A stretch of DNA of 50,848 bases, filler included, from Catajapyx aquilonaris (Eukaryota), in the NCBI GenBank assembly GCA_000934665.2. It is 2 parts of 2 records of this genome, joined end to end, with 100 filler letters (N's around TTAATTAATTAA, not from the genome) between each part and the next. Parts side by side here need not be neighbours in the genome. Positions count along the whole stretch, not along the records: positions 25,480 to 50,848 come from KZ539338.1; 1 more part is not named here. The stretch is one strand, 5' to 3'. The notes beneath the pieces were generated by a model. The model had not been told where the DNA came from. It searched no databases and worked only from the letters and a program-made list of their open reading frames with translations. Below are positions 38,892 through 48,097 of this stretch, in pieces; position 1 is the stretch's first letter; each line of letters opens with the position of its first letter. The translations under genes and the position numbers were made by a program.

Positions 38892-40779
38892 TACAGTACA
38901 TGGAATTCCCACATTGTATAGCATATAGACTGTATACTATTCAGCATATGTGCAGCTTAAAACGGAATAGTATATAATGATTTCCCTGCTTAGCTATAAG
39001 ATTTCAGTAATCAAGTACACAGCATGTACTGTACTGTATACCACCAGCAACGGATAAGGCGGTTAATATGGTCCCCGTGCAGCTTCGTTGCACAAATTAG
39101 TGCGTGCAAATTCGTTTGTTGTTGATTCGAGCATATAGTTTCGTCTCGAATGACAATCCCCCTTAGGCATCTATTTATATATTGTGGAATGGATTTGGGA
39201 GGAGGGTATGGTGTGGGTAGGTCTGATGGAGAGAGAGAGAGAGAGTTTCCGCTTCCTTTAATTAAAATGCGGTCCCAACTCTAATTACGAAAGAGGAGCA
39301 CTTAGCCCGAGTCAAGCGTATTAATTTCTCCGGGAAGAGAAGGAAGCCCGGGCTTATTCTAATTAACCCGACTAAGCTTTGATAATAAGGCCAACCCTTG
39401 GACTCTGACCTCATCTGGGGTTTGACTCAGATTGAACAAGCCCTCCTAAGGCATACCTGCAGCTGCTGTCTCATTCACTTCAATATCACCTTTCAGCTCA
39501 TTCTTTTGTAATCCACTGCTCATTTGCATCTGGTCTGTCCGCCGTGGGTTTCCGACGTGGAGCCACCGTACGACACACAGTCGGAAGCGTGGTCGGAAGA
39601 TTGGGTGGGTGGTGGGTGAGGGTTTGAAACATGGGGAGAGAGATTGGAGGGGGAAGCCATCTGTGGAGGGTTGGCTCACCCTGTACCCAGAGGGTGCGTG
39701 GATGCTGCGAGAGATGGAGCAGGAATGGGCAGGGTTGAGAGCTGGGTTCGGGTTGTTGGGAACAGAGGACGCGTGGGGCACCTCCGGAACAAAGCGGCTA
39801 TATATCAGGGTAGCTGTTGGCAAATTACTAGTTGACTAGTTGTTACATTAATTTCTACCTCTTGGTTTACTTGAATTACTTGCTGGGGATAGGCAGGTGT
39901 TAATTGATTTTTGATCGCGGAGAGTGAACAAGGGCTTATTACAGCATTGTCCTGTGCGAAATATTAGACTACCAGAGAATGTTTGCTGCTTATACCGTAA
40001 GTCTCCTTGATACAATAAATATAATCATGAGTTATGCAAACATAAGCAGTCTCCCAAAAATTACGAATTTAAAAAAACCTGCAGTGGCAATGGTTATACC
40101 CTACACCACCATGATAGGCCTACGCGTTTGGTCGAAACCTGTTTGGAAGATATTCAAGATAATAATCAGTCGGGTCATCAAAAAAGGCAAATTTATCGGA
40201 TATAACCTATATACGTTGATCTGTCTACTTACAAGAGCCGATTATGTTCCCATTTTCGTGTGCAGTAATGATTTGGTACCGAAAATGACCTGTAAATCCT
40301 ACTGGAAGGAATAAAGTGATGCATAGTTTTAAACAGATTCATACTATCTTTCTCATGAATAATCCTATTTTGTTAGATCTGAAAGAAAAACTTAATGCTA
40401 CTTTTCAAACTCAATTTTTCGAATTTGCCATATTTGGTCAATTTTAATAAATTTATTGAATGAGAATTTTCCCAATTTTCGCACCATATGAATATCTATC
40501 ATTTGATAGACATTCTTATGGTGCAAAATCCAAAAATATGAAAATTGTCCAAATTTGAAATATTCCAAAAGTTGAGTTTAATTTATGAAGGACAGCATGA
40601 TATACGTACATAAGACGCATCGACTTCAGTTTGCAACATTATTTATTGTGATGGTGTTTAGATTATAGGAAGAAGTTAAAATATTACCTTTGGACACATT
40701 TTTAAAGTTCATTTCAGAGCATATAATTATATACCAGTTAGCATATGTATACCACTAAAACAACTGACATAATAATGGT

Positions 40780-41111
40780 CTAATTGTAGAAGTCTTGACA
40801 AGTCTTTCGGCTACATACTTCACACCTCTTTTTATCTGGAGGGAAACACTGACCAAATGGGCATTGCAGGAGATATGCGTTCTTATTCTCACACTTTATG
40901 TATCCTCGACAGTCGTATGGATACGAGTACAATCCTGGTCCATAGTCACACATGTGGTCATACCGTTTTTCTCGGTTCACGGCATTTATCCCTGTACAGA
41001 CACATGTCATTAATTTATGGGTGTATGAAAATAATGCTCATATTACTAATGTCATTTACCTGCAGTACACAAGGCCAAAATAGTTGCCGTCAGCAAGATG
41101 TGGTAGTTCAT
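40780..41111 (-). CDS. Small secreted chitin-binding (CBM14/peritrophin-A-like) protein, 87 aa, two exons: 41111-41060 and 40991-40780
   Basis: Exon 1 MNYHILLTATILALCTA is signal-peptide-like. A 68-nt phase-1 intron follows (GCAG|GTAAAT...GTACAG|GG). Exon 2 is GINAVNREKRYDHMCDYGPGLYSYPYDCRGYIKCENKNAYLLQCPFGQCFPPDKKRCEVCSRKTCQDFYN with the CBM14 pattern G-Y..DC..Y..C..CP.G..F...C. AATAAA is at 40642-40647 (minus). Confidence 0.88.
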
Positions 41112-41153
41112 TTTGTTCCACGCACCTTTCTCCCCTAGACTTCTCTCCACAAC

Positions 41154-41159
41154 GACTGA
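41154..41159 (-). promoter_or_regulatory. Arthropod-type initiator TCAGTC upstream of chitin-binding gene 1
   Basis: Matches the TCAKTY consensus and lies ~45 nt upstream of the ATG at 41111. Confidence 0.45.
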
Positions 41160-42005
41160 GTTATGAAAAAATATAACTTGCCGTGACCGTCTGGAGACAT
41201 GTAGATTCTCGTCATAAAATTGTAAATTCAATAGCTCTTCTGCTACTTAAAAAGCAGCAGGGAAAATATGTTCATGATGATATCTTCACACATAGCAGAA
41301 AGCTTTGACGAGTGCTAAGAAATATATTATTCGATTTGTTATGTTAATGCACACGTGTGACGTAGTTTTCTTCGGCACGTTTAAACGTTTAGCACATAAT
41401 GTTGCATGCATAATATAATTAAGGTACTAACGTCAAAACTACTTTCTACGTAGACTCAGTGTAGTATCTTATTTCACTGTTCTTTTCCGTTTCTATTAAC
41501 ATTTATTGTATATTGAAAAATGCATTTCATCATACAATTAATTGTATAGAAATACATGGTTTGCCTGGTTCCAAGAACGTAACTGCGCTCTTCCTTTACG
41601 ACATAATACTCTGGTCCTTTCCCGCCTCTTTAGCGCTGATCGGCTGCTTCTGACGCTCTCTGGTGCCCAAATGATGCACCGACGCGACGCGGCCCTTGTA
41701 TTTTACCATGACGTCGATAGCACTCGTAAACACCTTGTGTAAGGCCAGTACACTACAAAAGGTGGGTACATTGCTTACTGAAATTCGGTTGATGTCAAAG
41801 TCTTTTATAGTTAGCATTTCAAAATCATCGCTTGGACTCTCTATCGTAGGCCTAAAGCATATTGCCTATCACGGCTATTTACTTCGATGCCGTATGTCGG
41901 CCATGTGTCAACGTAACACAATATTCTGGCATGGGGACACATTTCCGAAATACTCGTAATTCGATGTTTGGCCATCTAATAGGTCATTGCGTTGAGGCCG
42001 ATGTA

Positions 42006-42156
42006 CCATCGATTGCAAATAGGTTCCGGCCACTTTATCTTGGTCTTGAAGCAACCCTTCACACACACACACACACACATCTCTTCACCGTGGGGCATGT
42101 GCGTAGGGTTTCTTCAAGACCAGGATAAAGTGGCCGAAACTATTTGCAGCCGATTG
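42006..42156. mobile_element. Tc1/mariner-type MITE, copy 2 (opposite orientation to copy 1)
   Basis: Same TIR core TTCCGGCCACTTTATC.TGGTCTTGAAGCAACCCTTC, with TA flanks at 42004-42005 and 42157-42158. The internal (CA)n/CACCGTGGGG is the reverse complement of the copy 1 interior. Confidence 0.8.
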
Positions 42157-42528
42157 TACGTTATCAGTAGCCTATAGCCAAAATTTCAGGTCGGAAAATC
42201 GAGGCTGAAATAACAAGTACTGTACCGGTAGGCCTATACAGTAAGAAAGGATTTGTATATACATGCCATGTTTTGTCATGTCCATAACATTGTCTCATTC
42301 CTTGAATTTTCCGACTTGAAACTTTGGCTTCTAACATTACTATCAGCAGCTATCAGTGAGTGTCAATACAGCCCAACAATATGGTCCCATCGAAAATGTG
42401 TCCCCCATGCCTGCATTTTGACACGGGATCAAAGTAAACTTTGCGCATTTCTGGTCATATACTATTGTAGTTTTATGATTAAGGATAATATTATGCAAGA
42501 TACCGTATACGACTAGCTGTGTAAGATG

Positions 42529-42924
42529 TTTACTTACCATTTATTTATTTTATTTTATTTTACCCCATTGCATTGGGAGAATCGACGCTCCATTAGGGGG
42601 GGGGGGGGTGGAATACCACCATTTCACAACTCCAGATTTTCTGTAATAATTTTCTTCACAGAAAGGAACATGGGGAAGGGAATAGGGATTTTTGGGGATG
42701 GGACACAGGTGCAAGTGCAATGACTCAAACTGGGTCATGTGCAGTCCCCCAGGCAAGCCCCCAGGAGGTTACAGGTTGCCTCGTTTCCAGACACCTCCTT
42801 GGTGCGGGTCAGAGACCATCCCGACGCAGGTGAAAGGGAACTCCCAGGACGGGATCGAACCTGGCCTTTCACTCACCAAGCCGAGTTACCATCTCGGCCA
42901 CCACACCTTGACCACACCTCCCCA
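42529..42924 (-). mobile_element. tRNA-derived SINE family B, second copy
   Basis: The reverse complement shows GGGGAGGTGT...TGGCCGAGATGG (A-box), GGTTCGATCCC (B-box), a body matching 19049-19400 and a (TAAAA)n tail. Candidate TSD TAAGATG at 42522-42528 and 42925-42931. Confidence 0.82.
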
Positions 42925-43102
42925 TAAGATGCCAAGCCATGTCATTCAAATATCTCCTGGTATATGGTGAGAATTACACAAACTCATGTCTCGTGATATA
43001 TGTGATTATACAGTTTTAGATAATTTGGGACATTTCAAACTACTTTTGTGTTACTTCGATTGTGTCATAATAATTAGATAGATTAGATATATTATTAATT
43101 TA

Positions 43103-43657
43103 TTATTGATTTTCACCTCCTAATACATCACTGACCCTTCTGATGTCGTGATGGCTATTGTTGGACATGTTTTTGTTTTTTTGTTCGTTGTTGCCTTGTA
43201 TGGGATTAACTTGCGTCTCCCTTTTCATCGCTGACGACCCTTTAATATCCTGATGAGGTGTTTGAGTTGTTGTTGTGAAGTACAAGACAGCCGTCAGCCA
43301 TTGCTTTTTATGCCAGTTTTTCTGCCCACGAGAGAAATTGTAAGTGATTGGATTTGAAAGGCTACATCTAACGCAATACTTTACGGTTATAAAAGTACCG
43401 GTAACCGATTTCCTGTAAACAGTGTTCCTTCCTTGTTGGACCATAATGCTATATGACACATTATTACTTGTTGATGTAATGTTTTTTCCTCCTTTGTAAA
43501 AACGGAAGCGGTTGGGAAGACAACTAGACAATGCCTTCTTCTTACCATCATGCAGTGTTTGTTGGCATGTCTTTCTCAGTCTCATATCAGAAATGAAAGA
43601 CCTCCAAAGACGAATTATCGTGCAGTCGGGATATAAACAAGAGCAGTTGAGATCCAT
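43103..43657 (-). CDS. Candidate orphan protein (184 aa), function unknown
   Basis: A long non-repetitive ORF in AT-rich sequence, on the same strand as the neighbouring genes. TCAGTC is at 43728-43733 upstream and AATAAA overlaps the stop (43099-43104). No family was recognised, and upstream ATGs exist. Confidence 0.35.
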   Translation of the reverse strand: MDLNCSCLYPDCTIIRLWRSFISDMRLRKTCQQTLHDGKKKALSSCLPNRFRFYKGGKNITSTSNNVSYSIMVQQGRNTVYRKSVTGTFITVKYCVRCSLSNPITYNFSRGQKNWHKKQWLTAVLYFTTTTQTPHQDIKGSSAMKRETQVNPIQGNNEQKNKNMSNNSHHDIRRVSDVLGGENQ

Positions 43658-43988
43658 TGTCTTACATTAATTTAACACCAGCATGGACGGCTCGGCGGTG
43701 ACCAAATCAATCAGCTGCATTTGTTCAGACTGAGTATTCATTTGATACATTCATTATTTACAAGGTACTGCACATTCATGGACTTTGTATTTCTGTCATG
43801 GCAACGCTTTCTCTTCCAGGGATTGCACTAATGTAGGGGTGAGAAATGTCGAAAACCCAACCGTTTAAGACCGAAAGTAGGCTACACCACGATGAGCGTT
43901 TGCTTGTCCCTTAAACACATGCAACCAACCCCCTTGTTTACATGATGTGTATACATGTATGTATATTATCCCTGAAAGTCTGCACATT

Positions 43989-45545
43989 AAGCCCAGGAGA
44001 ATATCCAACATGACAACATGCTTATATTTCATATCAGTCTACGTCGTTAATAGTTTGGTTTTCAAAATATATTACCTCTACAATTTAGATTTGCATTGGA
44101 CATACAACTATCCTGGCGTGAGAGCGACCTGGAGTTCTGACTCACCGTTCATCAGTTGGGGCATGTAGAAAATAGATCAGGCCATTTTGTCTGTTTAGAT
44201 GGGACATTGTTTAGAGTGTATACGGATAGTGCAATCGACCCTACAGTATACCTATGGAAAACAATTCTCACATACTTCTCTGACCAGAGTCTGGCAATCT
44301 ACTCCTCGTGGTCTGACTTGAACAGTCCTCTCCAGCACGAAAAAGGCAGGCGCTGATAAAAATACAACAAGAGGAAGGAAAATGCAAATAAAAATGATAT
44401 GCTGTAGTTTTTATTTGGCGATACAAGAAAATTTAATGACAACGTCGCTCACTGCTGCGACGTGTCATCGCCAGCAATTTCAGAATTAATATAATGGCTC
44501 TTCCATTGCTCATTTTTCCGGATCTTTATGGATGCTTCTCTCTGAAACTTTTATTTCTTGATTTTAGTGCATTTAGGGGTATATTTTTCCACCACCTAAT
44601 CCTCCACTATTCATTTCTCCACCGCCCAATCCTCCACCATTCATTTCTCCACCGCCCAATCCTCCACCATTCATTTCTCCACCACCCAATCCTCCACCAT
44701 TCATTTCTCCACCACCCAATCCTCCACTATTCATTTCTCCACCACCCAATCCTCCACCATTCATTTCTCCACCGCCCAATCCTCCACCATTCATTTCTCC
44801 AAGACCCAATGCTCCACTACCTATTCCTCCACCTGCACCATGGCTCCTGCCTCCACCTCTCTGACAGTGCTTGGTCCTACAGGGCTTCCTTGGCCTCCTT
44901 GGCCTTGTCCATGGCGGCCTCCTTGTCCTCCTTGTCCTCGGGCGCCACCAGGGATGGAGAGTTGTAGTTGTAGTTGGTTCCCTCCAAGGATGGCGAGGTG
45001 TCGTCGTTGTCGTTGTCGTTGGTTCCCTCCAAGGATGGCGAGGTGTTGTCGTTGTCGTTGTCGTTGGTTCCCTCCAAGGATGGTGAGGTGTTGTCGTTGT
45101 TGTTGTAGTCGTTGTTGTTGTTGAATCTGATGGACAACCTTTGCAATATACACATAGACGAATTTTCTGGTTGAAGCACATCCCGGGATGACACATCAAG
45201 TGAAGAGGCGTAGCGCCGGTGTCATAGCACAACACAAACACTCGGCAGTCGGAGGTATTGTCCTCCGGGTAGAGTCCTGGTGCCCTGCACTTCGGATTGT
45301 GGCGCTTCTGACGTGTATGGCCTTCAGAGAAACATAAACCAAAACTGTTACTTTCTTTATTTTATGTCACTATTACCATGCAGGTGAAGATGTGGCTGTA
45401 CAGTATACATGAAGCTGTTCCTGTCATCCATAGGAGGAGGAATTAACCGAGGGGTATGGGCCTACTCACTCGACTGTATAAAGTGTACACGGGAGTACCA
45501 AATTCAAGGAGTACCTGGGAGTACCAAAGAGTACCTATGGAGTGC
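43989..45545. repeat. Tandem segmental duplication, copy A (partner 48098-~49860)
   Basis: Colinear high similarity starting at AAGCCCAGGAG.ATATCCAACATGAC and running through the 3' flank, the coding exon and the proximal intron. Confidence 0.92.
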
Positions 45546-46164
45546 GAGGTGGTTCCCCTGGGGGTGCGAGCAAGGTGCACCTCTGGACTTAGTCTAACTA
45601 TGAACTTACTCAATCGCCCCTGGTATAGGGGGTGGGACAAGGACCAACTGTCTTCAAAGGGGTGCGGAGGCACTAAAAGTAAGAACTTCTGCGCTGGCCT
45701 ATAAGATTGTCTGCATTATACTGAGAATCACCCTGCACAGGTGTAAGTTTAATCGGTGCCCACAAGGATAACCCTATAGTAACTGTTATGTGTCAGTTAT
45801 ACCTGCATCTTAACAGCCAATTTTACCATACATTGCACCTTTATTAACGTGCAATATGTAGAGATTGCTCTTGATAAATGCTTTAAAATGCAATGTGGTA
45901 CATCTAAACTAACCTCTGTAAGAGTTGCTTTTGTCCCATGTATATAAAAATATTTGTCCACTTCTGGTAATTTACATGTTAATTTGCACGTAACCTTTTG
46001 ATGACATTTGACTACTTTTTCTGACAAAAAGTAGGCCTATACCAGATGCAAAAATAAAACACTCTATGCAGAGAGATCCTATGTCAATCTTAATTGCAGC
46101 TATACCTACCTGCATCGGCTAAAGCGACGGCTGACACCAGAACCACTAGAATCAGTCGACTCAT
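44573..46164 (-). CDS. Secreted chitin-binding protein with mucin-like Thr, Arg-rich and Gly-rich tail (~267 aa); exons 46164-46110 and 45321-44573
   Basis: Exon 1 MSRLILVVLVSAVALADA is signal-peptide-like, with donor GCAG|GTAGGT and phase-1 acceptor TCTCTGAAG|GC. Exon 2 is GHTRQKRHNPKCRAPGLYPEDNTSDCRVFVLCYDTGATPLHLMCHPGMCFNQKIRLCVYCKGC, then (HPWREPTn)3, an Arg/Pro stretch and (GEMN[G/S]GGLGG)7. AATAAA is at 44410-44415. An extra small exon in the intron cannot be excluded. Confidence 0.85.
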
Positions 46165-46206
46165 TGTGGATGCTGGCAAATGCCCGTCTCGGTAAGTAGG
46201 AGTTTT

Positions 46207-46215
46207 CTTTATATA
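46207..46215 (-). promoter_or_regulatory. TATA box of chitin-binding gene 2
   Basis: TATATAAAG on the minus strand, ~45-50 nt upstream of the ATG at 46164. Confidence 0.65.
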
Positions 46216-46757
46216 CTGTTACACTTTTTTGCCTGGAGTTTTCAATGCAGGATTGACGTGGTGAGAGTAAATATTTATATAAGTTAGGGCTTCTCAATAG
46301 TACATTCTTTGATTCCATGATAGAATTTTTCTCAAATATATTTTTATCGTTGCCAACAAGGTATGCAAAATATGTCTACTCTACACACAATTTTTCGAAA
46401 TGCGTAGGCTATACGTGGATAGCATTCATTATATTCAAATGCATATATACACACATTGGCGGTTTCTTAAGCGGCTGTTACATCACCTGGTAATCTGTAG
46501 AACTCCAGGTCAATCTCTCGCCAGGATACTCGATTGCCCAATGCTATATAAAATTATGGGGGAGAAATTGCAATGACAGAAACACACGTTCAGTATTTTA
46601 CCTCTTCTACAGGTATTTAGGATACAGTAGCCCTCGGGATGTGCAAGATGTGCTGATATCAGCATCCACAATATCGTTACAAATAAGCCATTAACCTTGT
46701 AAGAAGTTGAATCTGCTGCAACATACAGGCCCTAAAAAGGCATAATTTTAGCATATA

Positions 46758-46974
46758 CGAGGGTTGTTCAATAATTTATCTACCTGAGTATCAAAATGAA
46801 TACCTTTATTGAAATCTTCCTAATCATTTTTCATCAAGGATAACAAGAGCAAGACACCACAAGTCATGGAAATTGATTCATTCCTATCTTTATATTGTGT
46901 TGCACAAAATGGTTCTGAGAAAGCACTCCCTTTGGTATTTCACATAGTTGGTGAATGATCATATGACCCCTTCG
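46758..46974. mobile_element. Degenerate mariner-like MITE
   Basis: TA|CGAGGGTTGTTCAATAA ... GACCCCTTCG|TA. Only the outer TIR bases still match. Confidence 0.45.
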
Positions 46975-47702
46975 TATTTCTCTTTCCTACGTCAATAAGA
47001 TGGAATTTTTTAGTACCTTCCGCAAAATAGTGACAGGTGCGACCGGGCCCTCTGATTGGTCCGCCTCATATTGTTACCGCCACCTTCCGATTGGCCCCAG
47101 CCCATTGTTACCTGGACGCATTGTTACCATGACGCATCCAATTGGCCCCGTTCCGAGCATGCGCAATGGGTGGAAGAACGCCAAAGTCGCTTGCTGGACG
47201 TCAATGATGACACATCTCCTCTCCCGTGAAGACCCCTCTACCCCTCCACCTTCCTCCACCCACGTCTTCACGGTGGCCTCACAACAGGGGAGGGGAAGAG
47301 GAGGGGGGAATGAACCGAAACAAACGGAACATAGGCTAAAGTTGTTTATCAGTGGTGCCAACTCCATGGACGTTTCTGAACAAAGGAAAATAATTTCAGT
47401 TATCTATAAACCAGGTCCTTCTTGTAGTGTAGCTTGCAGTTAGTTCCAAGCCTGGCATTTGAGGAGGCCAAATAAAGCGTAGCTACTGGAGGGGAGTCTA
47501 ACCTGCGAGCTAATCCGGACGAGTCGTGTTTTACTCGTGCTCCTGAGTTACCTCTCCCCTTATTGACTATTAGAAGAACCCGAACCTAACAGAACTGGGA
47601 TCCGCAGGGTTGGACAGGGAGACGCAGGTAGGGTGCCCGGGCCACAACGGGTCGGGGGGGGNGGGGGGGGGGGGGCGACACTTTCCGGTTAATCATCAGA
47701 CA

Positions 47703-48097
47703 TGTGAGGTTGCTTTGAGATGTCCTTTAATTACGTCCTCAGCAGGTACAATCACACGTACGTACACCAACCACACTGAGAGCCCCCTGAATCAATGTTC
47801 GTGCTCAAGGTCCTCGGCTTCGGGTCAGGTCCTCCTCTGGCCCCTGGCTGGTCCTTGGCTGGTCCTTCTGCTCTCTGCTCTCTCTGGGTATGTTTTTGGT
47901 CCCTCTCCAGGAAGCCCAGCTTCCTGGAGAGGTACCAAAAGCAAACCCTCTGGCTGCCTCTTCTCCGCGGCTTATATACCAGTACGGCTCCTTAGTCAGA
48001 TTCTCCTCAGTTACACAGCATGACTATACCTACTGATACACATTTCCTGTCATCCTTTACACATGGTCATTCCATCCTTACTCATCCCCCCGTTACA
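47703..48097 (-). mobile_element. LTR-like element (probable solo LTR; left boundary uncertain)
   Basis: The minus strand starts TGTAACGG and has TATATAAG (47971-47978), a strong hairpin (47894-47940) and ATTAAA (47726-47731), ending CCTCACA. The layout and size match the 22745-23119 LTR. No TSD was found. Confidence 0.45.

Noticed and set aside
41596..42540. Short minus-strand ORFs (41596-41817, 42343-42540) as further cluster genes
   Set aside because: No signal peptide or Cys pattern. The region contains MITE and SINE sequence and an inverted ATGGGGACACATTT motif suggesting TE arms.
44494..44967. Plus-strand His-rich ORF (HHSFLHHPIL)n, and similar plus-strand ORFs at 48733-49038 and 49211-49420
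   Set aside because: These are antisense shadows of the minus-strand coding repeats. The minus frame has the splice sites, the Cys domain and conservation between paralogs.
44877..45194. Alternative minus frame with N/D-rich and AKEAKE-like text
   Set aside because: It is out of frame with the chitin-binding domain and ends at different points in the two paralogs.
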